From assembly GCA_905178155.1 (NCBI GenBank), contig CAJINV010000005.1, positions 306,999-370,998 on the forward strand: a stretch of DNA of 64,000 nt. Reading direction: 5' to 3'. This stretch comes from Amoebophrya sp. A120. Its lineage: Eukaryota; Protista; Dinoflagellata. Made by a program: the position numbers and the translations under genes. Numbering within the stretch: the stretch's first letter is position 1; each line of letters begins with the position of its first letter. The notes under the pieces were generated by a model. The model was not told where the DNA came from and did no database searches. It saw only the letters and a list, made by a program, of their open reading frames with translations. Shown here in pieces: positions 24,443 to 34,705 of this stretch.

Positions 24443-27400
24443 ATGACGATTGAACAATTGTTCTCCACAACAGAAGCTGCGGTCGTCGTCGCGTGCGGTG
24501 CCACCGCGACAGCTGACATGATAACGCCGTTGGCTTCGTCTACCACGACGTCTAGCGCAGCGGCGCTGCAAGGACAAGGAGAAAAAGAAGGCGTCGCGGA
24601 AAATAAAAAGGATGACAAATCTACTACTGCGCCCGCTCTCGCCTTGCGAGATGACAAGCCGGGACATGACCAGTTTGATCAAATGGACTTGATGGAGCGA
24701 ACGCTGGAGCACCAGGAAGTCTTTTCCCCTGTGGTTTCTAGAGACGAGGATATGAAGCTAGAGGTGGAAGTAGAAGCAAGATGTGTGGCTGTGGACCAAC
24801 AAGAACCGACTGAAAAATCAAAGTCTGCATCTGCTGCTCCACCAACCGCTAGTAAAAACGTAGAGGACACCATAGCCTTGTCCTCCGACGAGCCAAGAAG
24901 TTGCAGTAGTACCACCTCGACGACAGCGACCTCGGTCGTTTCAAGCGAGCAGATCGCCGCGTTGCCAACATTGGGTAGTTCAACAGTGGAACAAAATAGT
25001 GGTACACCGTCTGTACTAGAGGAAGGGAACGAAACCACTGCACCTCCTGAGTCCGAAATTGCAGTAGAATCGGCACCAGCCTCAACCGACGAGGCAAAAA
25101 TCAAACGCGAAGAGGGAGGATCGCAGCGAGGCCTCGTGAAAGCCATTTCCGCAGATGATGATTTGAAGATGAAAAACGAGAACGAACCGAGCAGGAGCAC
25201 AAACCTGACGGCATCGCTGAACAGTCCAAGATGCGCTACCGGGGAGACCGCAGCTGTGAATTCGCCAGAATCCACGACTTCGCAGGTCAACAGCTCCTCT
25301 GGCGAAATGTCGCAAACGATCGAGCCAGAGGATAACTTGGTTGCAGCACCAAAAACCGAGAAGCCAAGCGTCACGGTGGAAAAAGCAGATGAAAATAAAA
25401 CGAGTTTACTGTCTACTCCTGAAGACGCTCCTGCAGCTACCGAAGTCGCGAGAGAGACAGATACTGCTCCGAAGAAAACAACTTCTCCTTCTTCGGTACT
25501 GTCGGAAATGAACAAACCGTCAGACGTTGCCCCGGTTGTACTATCGTCAACTTCTACTTCGGTGAGCTCCTCCTCCGCTTCACCGGAGCAAAGAACGAAA
25601 CTCCCCGTGTCTACTAGCATCACGTCTGCACCAACAGCAACATCATCTACCGGCTCCCCAGACGTGACCAGGACAGACAGTTCGAGTTTCACCACGAATC
25701 ACGATGCAAATGGCTGTGGCAGCAGCAAACCTCCTTCCGTGATGGATACGACGTCCAAAACGACCGTAGCACCCTCTAGCCCCGCGACGAGCGCGTCGGT
25801 GGCCTCCAGTCCGGAAGTCCCATCGTCCTCAGAGAAGAGGGTCGTGGCGGAATTAGCAAGCGGCACGGAATACGTGGGGGAGCGGAATGGTTCAGGAGAA
25901 GTGAAATCTTCCACGACCCCCGACGTGAAGGTTGAGCGTGCTTCGCTAGTACCAGCCGCCACTGCAACGAATGCACCGAGCGCCGCGAAAGCAGCTGGTA
26001 CAACCACATTTGTAAAAACAAGTGCAACTGGCGTGCCCACTCCGACAAAACCGTCCACCGGTTCCTCGCCGGTGCCGAGCAGTTCACAGAAGGCGACGCC
26101 ATCGAGTTGCAACACGCAGGTCACCAGCACCAGTGCCGTTGAGAGAGCTAAACCAAGTACAAGCTCGAGTGTTGTGACGACTGCCGCTGCCGCTGTTGCT
26201 AGTACGGTCGTTGGTGCAGCGAAGCCGGCGGGCGGCAGGGTCGTGGGGTTGAACCGCACTGCTGGGAGTAACGCTGCTGCCGCACAACCCGCTGGACCAA
26301 AAGCGGCTGGTAAGAAAATGGTTTCTGTGATTTCGTTCTGCCTGGTCATAATCAATGATAGATAGATCTGGATGATCATCACGGTCGAATTATGGTACGG
26401 AAATGTACTGAGCTTTTTATGGACAAACTGTTGATTGATTGATTGTTACCAGAAAGTTAGAGTTAACCGAATATAAACGAATCAATTTGCAGCCCCACCA
26501 GGAGTGCCCGCGTCGGCCGCAACAGGGACGGGAGCACAGCTTGCTCCAAAGCGGGTTGGCCTCGCGACCCGCACCGTAAAGAAGATGGAGCCTGTATCCT
26601 GAGTAAAAACGTCCCCACACCAGAGTTGTAATGCAGATTTGCAAAGACAGGAAGACTTGTAATGCGCATCCCCATGAGAGCCATTTCCAATCGTGTTTTG
26701 GGATTTGTGATGCTGTGAACAGGATGAGCAGATGAGTCTGTGACGCGGCTGCACTTGCTAACCTGCACTACACTGCATAGTGCAACTTGTCATGCGTGAC
26801 TCACAAAACTCCTAGGTTTGTGTTGCAAAATCCCCATCCTGACTCTGGTGTGGGGATGTTTTTACACAGGATAGCCTGCTTCCGGAGGGGGCGGCGGCCT
26901 CGGGTTGACCGACAGTCCCCAGCAAGGAAAGCCAGCCGCTCCTGCCTGTACGAAGCCCGGGTGCTGCGGAGGACCTTCGAACGGCTGCGGACCAACTGCT
27001 GCCAGCAACTCCTCCTCCTCTTCCTCTACCGAGCTCGCCACCCGGCCCCCACTGAAACCGTGCGACGGCATGAAGCGCGCTCCGGGGTCGGGACTCATGC
27101 CGCGCAGCTGCGGGCAGGGAGGCTGCACGAAATGCGGAATCCATGCGCCGGCCCGGGGTTTGCGGTCGGCCTGCGAACACGACGGGTTTGGCCAGCTGCA
27201 TTTGCCGAAGGATGAGAAGGCGCTCACGGAGGAAAATTTACCGGAAAAGCTGGATCGGAAACCGCACGACGAAAAATTGGGGCTGAAGTACCTATCTATC
27301 ATGATGCTGTTTTCAAAATGAAAATGCGGAAAAACTGTCAGAAGTTGTGTTGCGTTCTCCCCCTTCATAGTATGATTTGCAGCTGCAGTACAACTAGAAG

Positions 27401-28016
27401 CAGATGAAGTTGTGTGCAAATCGAAACCAAGTTCCATAAAAATTTTCTTTGCAGAACCACGGTGGCGAATCCGCAAGCTCTGCTGGATGAGAAACGCGAC
27501 ATGCCGTCGTTTGACCCTAAGTACGCAGAGCAGTACATGCTGTATGCGCAGCAGTACGGGGCCTATTCCCAGCAATTTGCGATCTTTGCGCAGTACTTAA
27601 TTTTCTGGTTGTGAGGTTTTTTTGTTTTTGACCGAGGATTTCTGTTTGGTGAAAAAATGCTTTCAACAAGCCATGAACATGATGGGTTGTTGACGAGACG
27701 GTAATGCAATCATCCCAAACTACCAAGGTATTGTGCACAGCAAGGCGCGGTCACCGCCGCTAAGGCACAGTACGAGGAGGCCAAGAAGCGGCAGCAAGAG
27801 GAACTGAAGAAAGTGCAGAAAAAAGCCGCTAAGAAGGGCAAGCCGATTCCTCCGGATCCGACCGCACCGAAGCCCATGATGATCACGCCGTACCGGCACA
27901 ACTGGCTGTTGTCCGGCAACTCGCAGGCCCAGCCCACCACCTGGTGGGAGCACCTGAAACAAGAAGCGGGGAGGCTGTTCGACCCGCGAAGCTGCAGTAT
28001 CAATCCCTTCGGGTAA
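24443..28016 (+). CDS. Hypothetical protein, long Ser/Thr/Ala low-complexity N-terminus (5 exons)
   Basis: In-frame joins via GT-AG introns 26310-26492, 27288-27454 and 27593-27727 and introner 26595. C-terminus has a QYMLYAQQYGAYSQQFAIFAQY segment. Confidence 0.65.
26595..26873. mobile_element. TIR introner, family B (inverted relative to the 18950 copy)
   Basis: 279 nt like the 18950 copy, with an internal sequence that is its reverse complement. Perfect TSD GCCTG. Confidence 0.93.
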
Positions 28017-29564
28017 GTGGAAATAAAGAACTGTTTTCAGTGCAATTGTTGGCACCGGAAAATAAATCGAACCTGTGAATAAATTTGAAACTTTGGTTGA
28101 ATTATGGTAGTTCTAGTTGTTATTCAGCGCGAGTAGTGCGAGTAGGAATTTTTTCATCGAATGCAAATTCGATTATGTGACGAGCTTGATTTTGATGTTT
28201 CTGACAGAAAGGTGTCAATTAGTGATGACGACTGTTGTTCTTCTTGTTAATACCGTTATTATTATGCGATAGAGTCGTTCGTTTTGCTTTTGTGCCGTCT
28301 GTGTACAAGCGTTATGCCTGACAGTAAGTCAAGCGACCGCGACTGCAAGTGAGATGGCAGGCAAAAATCACAACTTTTCACTGAACTTCTCATGAGCTAC
28401 TCAGTACTAACTTTCCAAGAAACTTCTACTACTTCTTGCCCAGTGAGCTGCTTTTGATATTTTCGCAGAAATACCCGATTCATAAAAGAATTAGTGTTGG
28501 CATCGTGAATACACCAAAATTGAAGATATGAAGAAGCTATGGTATGCTTGTATCGTGTCTAGACACTGTCGCTTTTCTGTTGGTTGAGAAAATTTTCTTG
28601 AGTTTTGTCCAATCAATGCAGACTCTGAAATAAATATTTGCCGATTTTCAAAAAACTGAACTATTCTATTCGTTACTAGGTGTGCCTTAATGGGCGGAAT
28701 TGAGCTACTCAAATTGTGAGCCTTTGACGCGAACTTTTTTTTCTGCTTAGGAAAAACAAGACGTCAGTTTCTTGCTGAACTTTCTCACTTTTACTTTCCA
28801 ATAGAAGTACTAGACTTCTAGATCTACTTCCTCAAGTGAGGCCGGCGACAGCCCGCGTACCGTCCAATCTACTGGTAAGGCTTCACTTGTTGGTTCGACT
28901 TGGTTCGTCCTGAATCGGCTTAGGTTGTCCTACTTCCTGCGCCGAACAATTCATTGCCTTTTCGTGAAACTCGAGCGTCTTCGTGTTTCGAGTGTGAGAG
29001 AAACGAAATCTGGAATTTGAATCAGCGCGCAAGAAAAACAAGAGAGGGACTTGCGCCGCCTTTGTGGTGCGATCGTTATGTCCGACTAGAAATCAGTCGC
29101 GCACAGCATTTTCGCCGAACAACTGCATGCAGGACGCTTTCTCATACTGCAAGAACCTCCACCTACTTGCAGTCAGCTAAAAAACCCGAGACACATCAAC
29201 CGCGATAAGAATTTCGTTTTTTTCTCAAGTAGCGTTTGCTGGTCATGGAAATCTTCGCTCCGGGAGAATGATGAAGAACGTGCCACCAGTGATTGCCCCG
29301 ACCTGTAAAAGGTCGCAAGAACGCGGTGGTTCATTTTTGTGCGAGCGGATGGATGAAATGACTTCCGGCATCAAAGCCGCTACACCAGTTTTGCTGCAAG
29401 TACAACGACTGTCATGGCTGTTGAAGATTTTGCAGGAGCACCAGATAACGTAACGGACGGAAAGTAGAACAAGGTCGTCGGAAGGTCAAGAACACGTCTA
29501 AAACCACACCCCCCAGCACCTCTGCGACCTTCCGCCCTTTCTCCACAACCATTTTCCCACCAAC

Positions 29565-32500
29565 ATGCCACCACGGAGGAGTAAACGCGAGGGCAAGCGG
29601 GGGGCGAACCAGCAAAATCCCGATGACCCGGATGCGCCCAAGATCCACCCGGAGGTCCAGAAGGTCCTCGACTTCGAAGCGCTGTTGGAGGCGGAGGCGA
29701 AGAACGAGGTGGCCGCGAAGGTGCAGAAGGATCGTATTGGGAGGAAAAACCCCTCCTCCCCATATCAAAACGAAATTTCTGATGCTGGATTTGTGTACAC
29801 CAATCCGAGCCGTCTTGCTGGAGAGCACTGCAGGCCCATACTAAGTGGCGAGTAGAGAGGTTTTGACCTAGGCACTTAGCATGAAAAACGTCAGCACTGT
29901 AGGCCCAACAGCATGACAAAGCGCATGCACAACGCGGCGGAGCCTGCGCAGTTGCCTTCTTGCAAGACAGACACGATTTGTGACCACAAATCAGCATCAC
30001 AAATTTCCAAAAATATACCTTTTCAGAATGGGGAGGGGGGATTTTTCCTTTTGATAGATCGGATCTTAAAGCGGTGCTTCGACGCGTTCGGGCACAATTT
30101 ATGCGGCCCCGACCCGGTCTTGAACAGTACCAGCCTCGCGCTCGTCGTCGAAATTTTCTTCATCGCGAAAGAGCTCGGGTTCGATTTGGACTTCAACCCG
30201 AACGCGATCTGCGAGATCCCGAACAAGCTGGAGCAGATGCACGAGGAGCGGGACAATCCGATGTTGGCTTCCATGCCCAAGGAGAAGTTAGGCCTTGTGA
30301 CGGGGATCCACTTTGCGCTGCGCGGGGCCGCGAAGCGGCTGGAGAAGGAGCACCTGTGGGGCACCTTCACGGACCTGCTGCGGATGACCCATAGGAGAGA
30401 TGCGGAGCTGTACCGGATCGTCTACTTCGACCTGCTGAAGTATGGAAGTGTCAGAATCGAAATTGGCAAAATCGAAAAACTTGTGATGCACAAAATCGAT
30501 GTCAGTTGGAGCCTCAGTTTCCAAGTGGCGCATGACAAATTTCGGAAGCACCCAAATCCAGTTGTCATGCTGTTTGGACAGAGAAGACTCCTCCTGTCAT
30601 GCTGCTCGGGCAGCACTTTGTATACCCCTAAGCAGCTCCTTTGCAATCGGTCTCATTTGCCTGCCCCCCAATACAGGCCTTCGGTGTCCTACATTTTATG
30701 CATCGCAAATTTTTCGATTTTGTCGATTTCGATCCTGACACATCCATATGAAGGACATCGTCGACGACATCGTGGACGAGGACGACGAGGAGGAGCGGAA
30801 ATACCTGTGGATGTCCTGCTCGCCCTACCCCCAGGACCACCGCTGCCCCTACGTGATCCGGTCCATGCTGGAGGAGGACGGGTGGACGGAGATGGCGGAC
30901 TATTCCATGAAGCGAAAGTACCACCACGTGTACCGGCACGAACTCTCCTTAGACACCGAGGACCCAGAGAAGGCGAAGAATTTGTTTAAATTGTCTCCTT
31001 TATCCTTCATCGACGTGTGCGTGCCGGAGAAGTGGAACCACTTCCATTTCCTACTCCCCAACAGCCACTACGAGGCGATGGCGCAGAAGCTGATCGACGA
31101 CGAGTTCAAACGGAAGGGGAAGATTGACTTGACGGTGAAAAAGCCGAAAAACAAGAACGAGGAAAAGAAAATGGCGAAAGACAAGGCGGAAAAGGAGCAG
31201 ATGGTGGCCATTATCAAAAGGAGAAAGCCCCCCTCCCCATATCGAAACGGAGATCTGTGATGCAGATTTGTGGTCACAAATCAGCTTTGCCATGCTAGAA
31301 GGGAGAAGATGCGAACTGTAGTGCCGGTTGGCGTGGAAAAGCCTTGCATCTTCAGCATGACAGGAGGCAGCTGGAAGTGGGAAACAGCATGACAAATCGC
31401 CTGCAGAGGAGGCCACAACTGCGGCTCTTGGCCTTCTACCATGACACCTCGATTGGTGTACTGAAATACAGCATCACAAATTGCGTTTTCGATATGGGGA
31501 GGGGGGATTTTTCCTGTTGATAGCCATGTTCGACAGTTCCGACACAGACGAGGACGATTTCTTCGAGGACAAGGACATGGACCCGGAAACGCGGAAAACC
31601 GCCGAGGAGCGGGAAATCATGAACAACGAGTATCCCGTGTGAAAACGTCCCCACCCCATAGTCAAGTTGGGAAATCTGCAAGACAAATCAACAAACTTTC
31701 GCTGTTACGCATGGCAGCTTTGTGCTAGTAGCAATGTAATATTAATTCCGTTTCGCTAGTGCAGCAGCATCACAGATTCAGCATATTGCTCAGATTTGCG
31801 CATCACAAATTTCGAAACAGTACGAGAAAATGCGTCTCATAGGGCTCCGCATGAGAGATATTTTAAGAATGCAGATGTGCATAGCAACTATAATGGGGTG
31901 GGGACGTTTTTGCACAGGATAACGAGAACGTGTTAGATCTGATGCAACAGGACGAAACGATCATGGAGTCCGGGTTGCTCGGTCTCTCCCACGCGGAACT
32001 CCCCTGCTACGTGCTGTGGAACTTGTGCCGCTCGTTGCGCATCACGATGATCGGGCTGCGCCCGGGGGGTTGCATGGTCTTGATCTGGGGAACGACGCCG
32101 CTGCACGCGTCCTTCTTCTGGCTGAAGCAGCAACTGCAGCCGTTCTTCGACGACGTGAACTTGCTTTCCTCTCCCTTCCCCTCCATGGAGTCCCTCGTGG
32201 TCTGTTCCGGTTACAGCGGGCGGATTTCCCAGGTCGACCCCTTCTGCTACTTCCTGACCCGGCCGCACCGCGCGATGGGGATCGACGACATCCTGCTCTG
32301 GACCTTCGGCGACGGCAACAAGTCCATCGAGGAGATGTGGGACCGGGACCGAAGGGAAATCGAGGACCTGCTGATGGACTACAAAACGAAGATCGAAAAG
32401 CTGGAACGCTACACCATCGACATGGAAAAGGAGAAGGTGTTGCAGGAAATAGAGCGCATCAAGGAGGCCATGCGGGAAGCGGAGAGGGCAGCCAGGGAAG

Positions 32501-34705
32501 CAGAAGGGGCGGCGCAGGAAGCGGAAGCGGAGAAGAGTCCGAAAAAGAAGAAAAGTATATTTTAGATAATCGCTTGAATTGATGCGATGTAATACGACAT
32601 TTATTTCTACTTGCACTTCGATTGCTTCTATCGCGTCCTCATACAGACAGGGATTCGCACTTTCCTCTTGATCATGAACTGGTGCTTTATTTTTTGAGTT
32701 TTGCTTTTACAACTCTAAAATCCTTCTATGCAGGTCCGCGCAAGAAGAAGCCCGGTGAAAAGGACGAGGGGGAGCTGAAGAAGAAAAAGACCGTCGAGAA
32801 CATCGATGCGAAAGCGTCGCTGAAGCGGAAGAATTCCCGCGTGCGCCCGGGCGGCGGGGAGATGACGCGCGAGGTGCAGGAGGGCGAGAAGGTCCAGCGG
32901 AGAAGGAGGAAAACCGTGATCAAAGAAGGAATGAAGTCCGCGCAACTGGAGAAGTTGGTGAAGTTTCGGAATCGGGAGCCGGATGCCAAGGCCGGCGCGG
33001 AGGTCAACCACATCGTCATGACCGCCATGGACGACGCCAGTCCACGTATAATTTGTGATTTCTTTTGGGTTTTAGCGATGACGCTGTGAGATAGATTCTT
33101 GTCGCATGAGTGAACGTGAAGCTGCCTGAAGCAAAAGCATGAAGGGTAGGTGTGAATGTGTCATAGCATACATAAAACAGAAAACCGTTCGCTCCGTGCG
33201 GCGGCTGCGGGCAGTGATCCTACGTGCATGACGATGACCGTGAGTCGCGAGCGCATTGACCAGATCCAGAAGGACGTGATCGACAGTATGCGGCCAGAGC
33301 CCTTGTATCACACAGAAAAAAACTTGCAGGTCATATTTGTAATGAAAAAATAAGTAGATTAAAAAAACTGCATTGCATATCCTAAATAGCATGCTATGAG
33401 GCCGCCCATGACAGACTTTCCTGTGTACTTATTTATTTTTGCATTACAAATATGCCCTGCCAGCTTTTTTCTGTGGGATACCTTGTCGCCCATGCGCAAG
33501 CGCGAGTTCAACCCTTACCGGAACAAGTTGCGGAAGCTGATCGGGAAACGCGAAGACGACATCAAACAGATGGGCGCGAAAGTACTTGACTTATTGACAT
33601 TTGAACTTTGAACCGTATTGCAGCAGTTGATTTCGGACTGCAGTGCCCTTCTTTTCTATCTCGACCTGTTTTTCAACACGTAGCGAGTTTTTCTTCAAAA
33701 TACAGGGCAGCATGCGCGGCGGCGCAGGGAGGCGGGGACGCGGCGGGGGCCAGGGCAGCATATGGATTGCAAAAATGTCTGGGTCGGGAGACTTGTGATG
33801 CTAAAATGTGGATGATGGAAACAGTTTCGAATGCAACCTAGCATGACAACTTTCCAGAACACTTTCTCATAGGCAATCCGCATGAGAAACTGCGTTCTTG
33901 CATGTATAAAAGAGGCTGGGACTTCTATTGGTTTTGCAATACAGATCGCCTAGGTATGAAAAGCTAGCATTACAAGTTCCAAGCTTCCAGACCCAGACAT
34001 TTTTGCATTCGATACAGCAGCGACGACGACGACGAATTCGGGGTGCTACCCGACGTGTCCCACGCCGAGCGCGGCGGCGGCGAGGAGGGCGACGAGGGCG
34101 AGGACGCCGACGGCGAGGAGCACAGTATGATCAAGATGGTGAACAAGAAGGGCAAGAAGAAGCACGGCAAGGACAACGCCTCCACCGAGTTCGACGGCGC
34201 GGACAGCTCTTTGCTGCTCCGCGGCCCCTCGCACAGCCGGTGGGACCGGCCCTGGCGCCGCGACGGCGTGCGCAACCCCGTGCCCGCGGACTTGAAGAAC
34301 GGGCCCTCGACCGCGTCCCAGAAGCGGCCGGTGCACTTGGCGACGAGTCTGGGGGTGGGCAGCCTGGACCAGATCCGCGACACGGAACTGTTTGCCAAGT
34401 TCCAAGAGGAGCTGAACCCGGTCACCGCGTTCGGCGACAAGGACGAAATCTACGAATTCCTGTCCAACTCCGCCAACTTCCTGCGCGACACGGGGGACAC
34501 CAACGTGCGGCACGTGTACGAGGCCTGGACGCGGCAATACGACAAATGGAGGGAGAACAAGGGGCTGCCGCCGCGACAAAAATACCACATCGACCTGCCC
34601 TCCAGCACGAGCGGGTCGCGGTCCGGCACGGCCGCGTCCGGGAGTCGGCCGGCGCCTGGGCCGCCGGAGGGTGCGACCGGAGGCGGGGAAGGAGGAGGGG
34701 ATTGA
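29565..34705 (+). CDS. Protein with divergent FtsJ/RrmJ-like methyltransferase fold and charged C-terminal extension (10 exons)
   Basis: In-frame joins across introners 29735, 30441, 31212, 31631, 33306 and 33761, and GT-AG introns 32555-32733, 33046-33180 and 33582-33705. GLRPGGCMVL...FFDDVNLL...SMESLVVCSGY resembles the FtsJ C-terminal motifs. The fold call is by eye. Confidence 0.55.
29735..30056. mobile_element. TIR introner, family D
   Basis: TATTGGGAGGAAAAACCCCTCCTCCCCAT ... ATGGGGAGGGGGGATTTTTCCTTTTGATA. Perfect TSD GATCG. Confidence 0.92.
30441..30748. mobile_element. TIR introner, family F
   Basis: TATGGAAGTGTCAGAATCGAAATTGGCAAAATCGAAAAA ... TTTTTCGATTTTGTCGATTTCGATCCTGACACATCCATA. 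Perfect TSD TGAAG. Confidence 0.93.
31212..31522. mobile_element. TIR introner, family D
   Basis: TATCAAAAGGAGAAAGCCCCCCTCCCCATATCGAAA ... TTTCGATATGGGGAGGGGGGATTTTTCCTGTTGATA. Perfect TSD GCCAT. Confidence 0.93.
31631..31921. mobile_element. TIR introner, family B
   Basis: TATCCCGTGTGAAAACGTCCCCACCCCAT ... ATGGGGTGGGGACGTTTTTGCACAGGATA. Perfect TSD ACGAG. Confidence 0.92.
33306..33480. mobile_element. TIR introner, family C
   Basis: TATCACACAGAAAAAAACTTGCAGGTCATATTTGTAATG ... CATTACAAATATGCCCTGCCAGCTTTTTTCTGTGGGATA. Perfect TSD CCTTG. Confidence 0.93.
33761..34014. mobile_element. TIR introner, family A
   Basis: TATGGATTGCAAAAATGTCTGGGTC ... GACCCAGACATTTTTGCATTCGATA. Perfect TSD CAGCA. 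Confidence 0.92.

Noticed and set aside
14381-26382. Long minus-strand ORFs (e.g. 14381-15100, 19893-20597, 24679-25695)
   Set aside because: Antisense shadows of GC-rich + strand exons, with no recognisable motifs.
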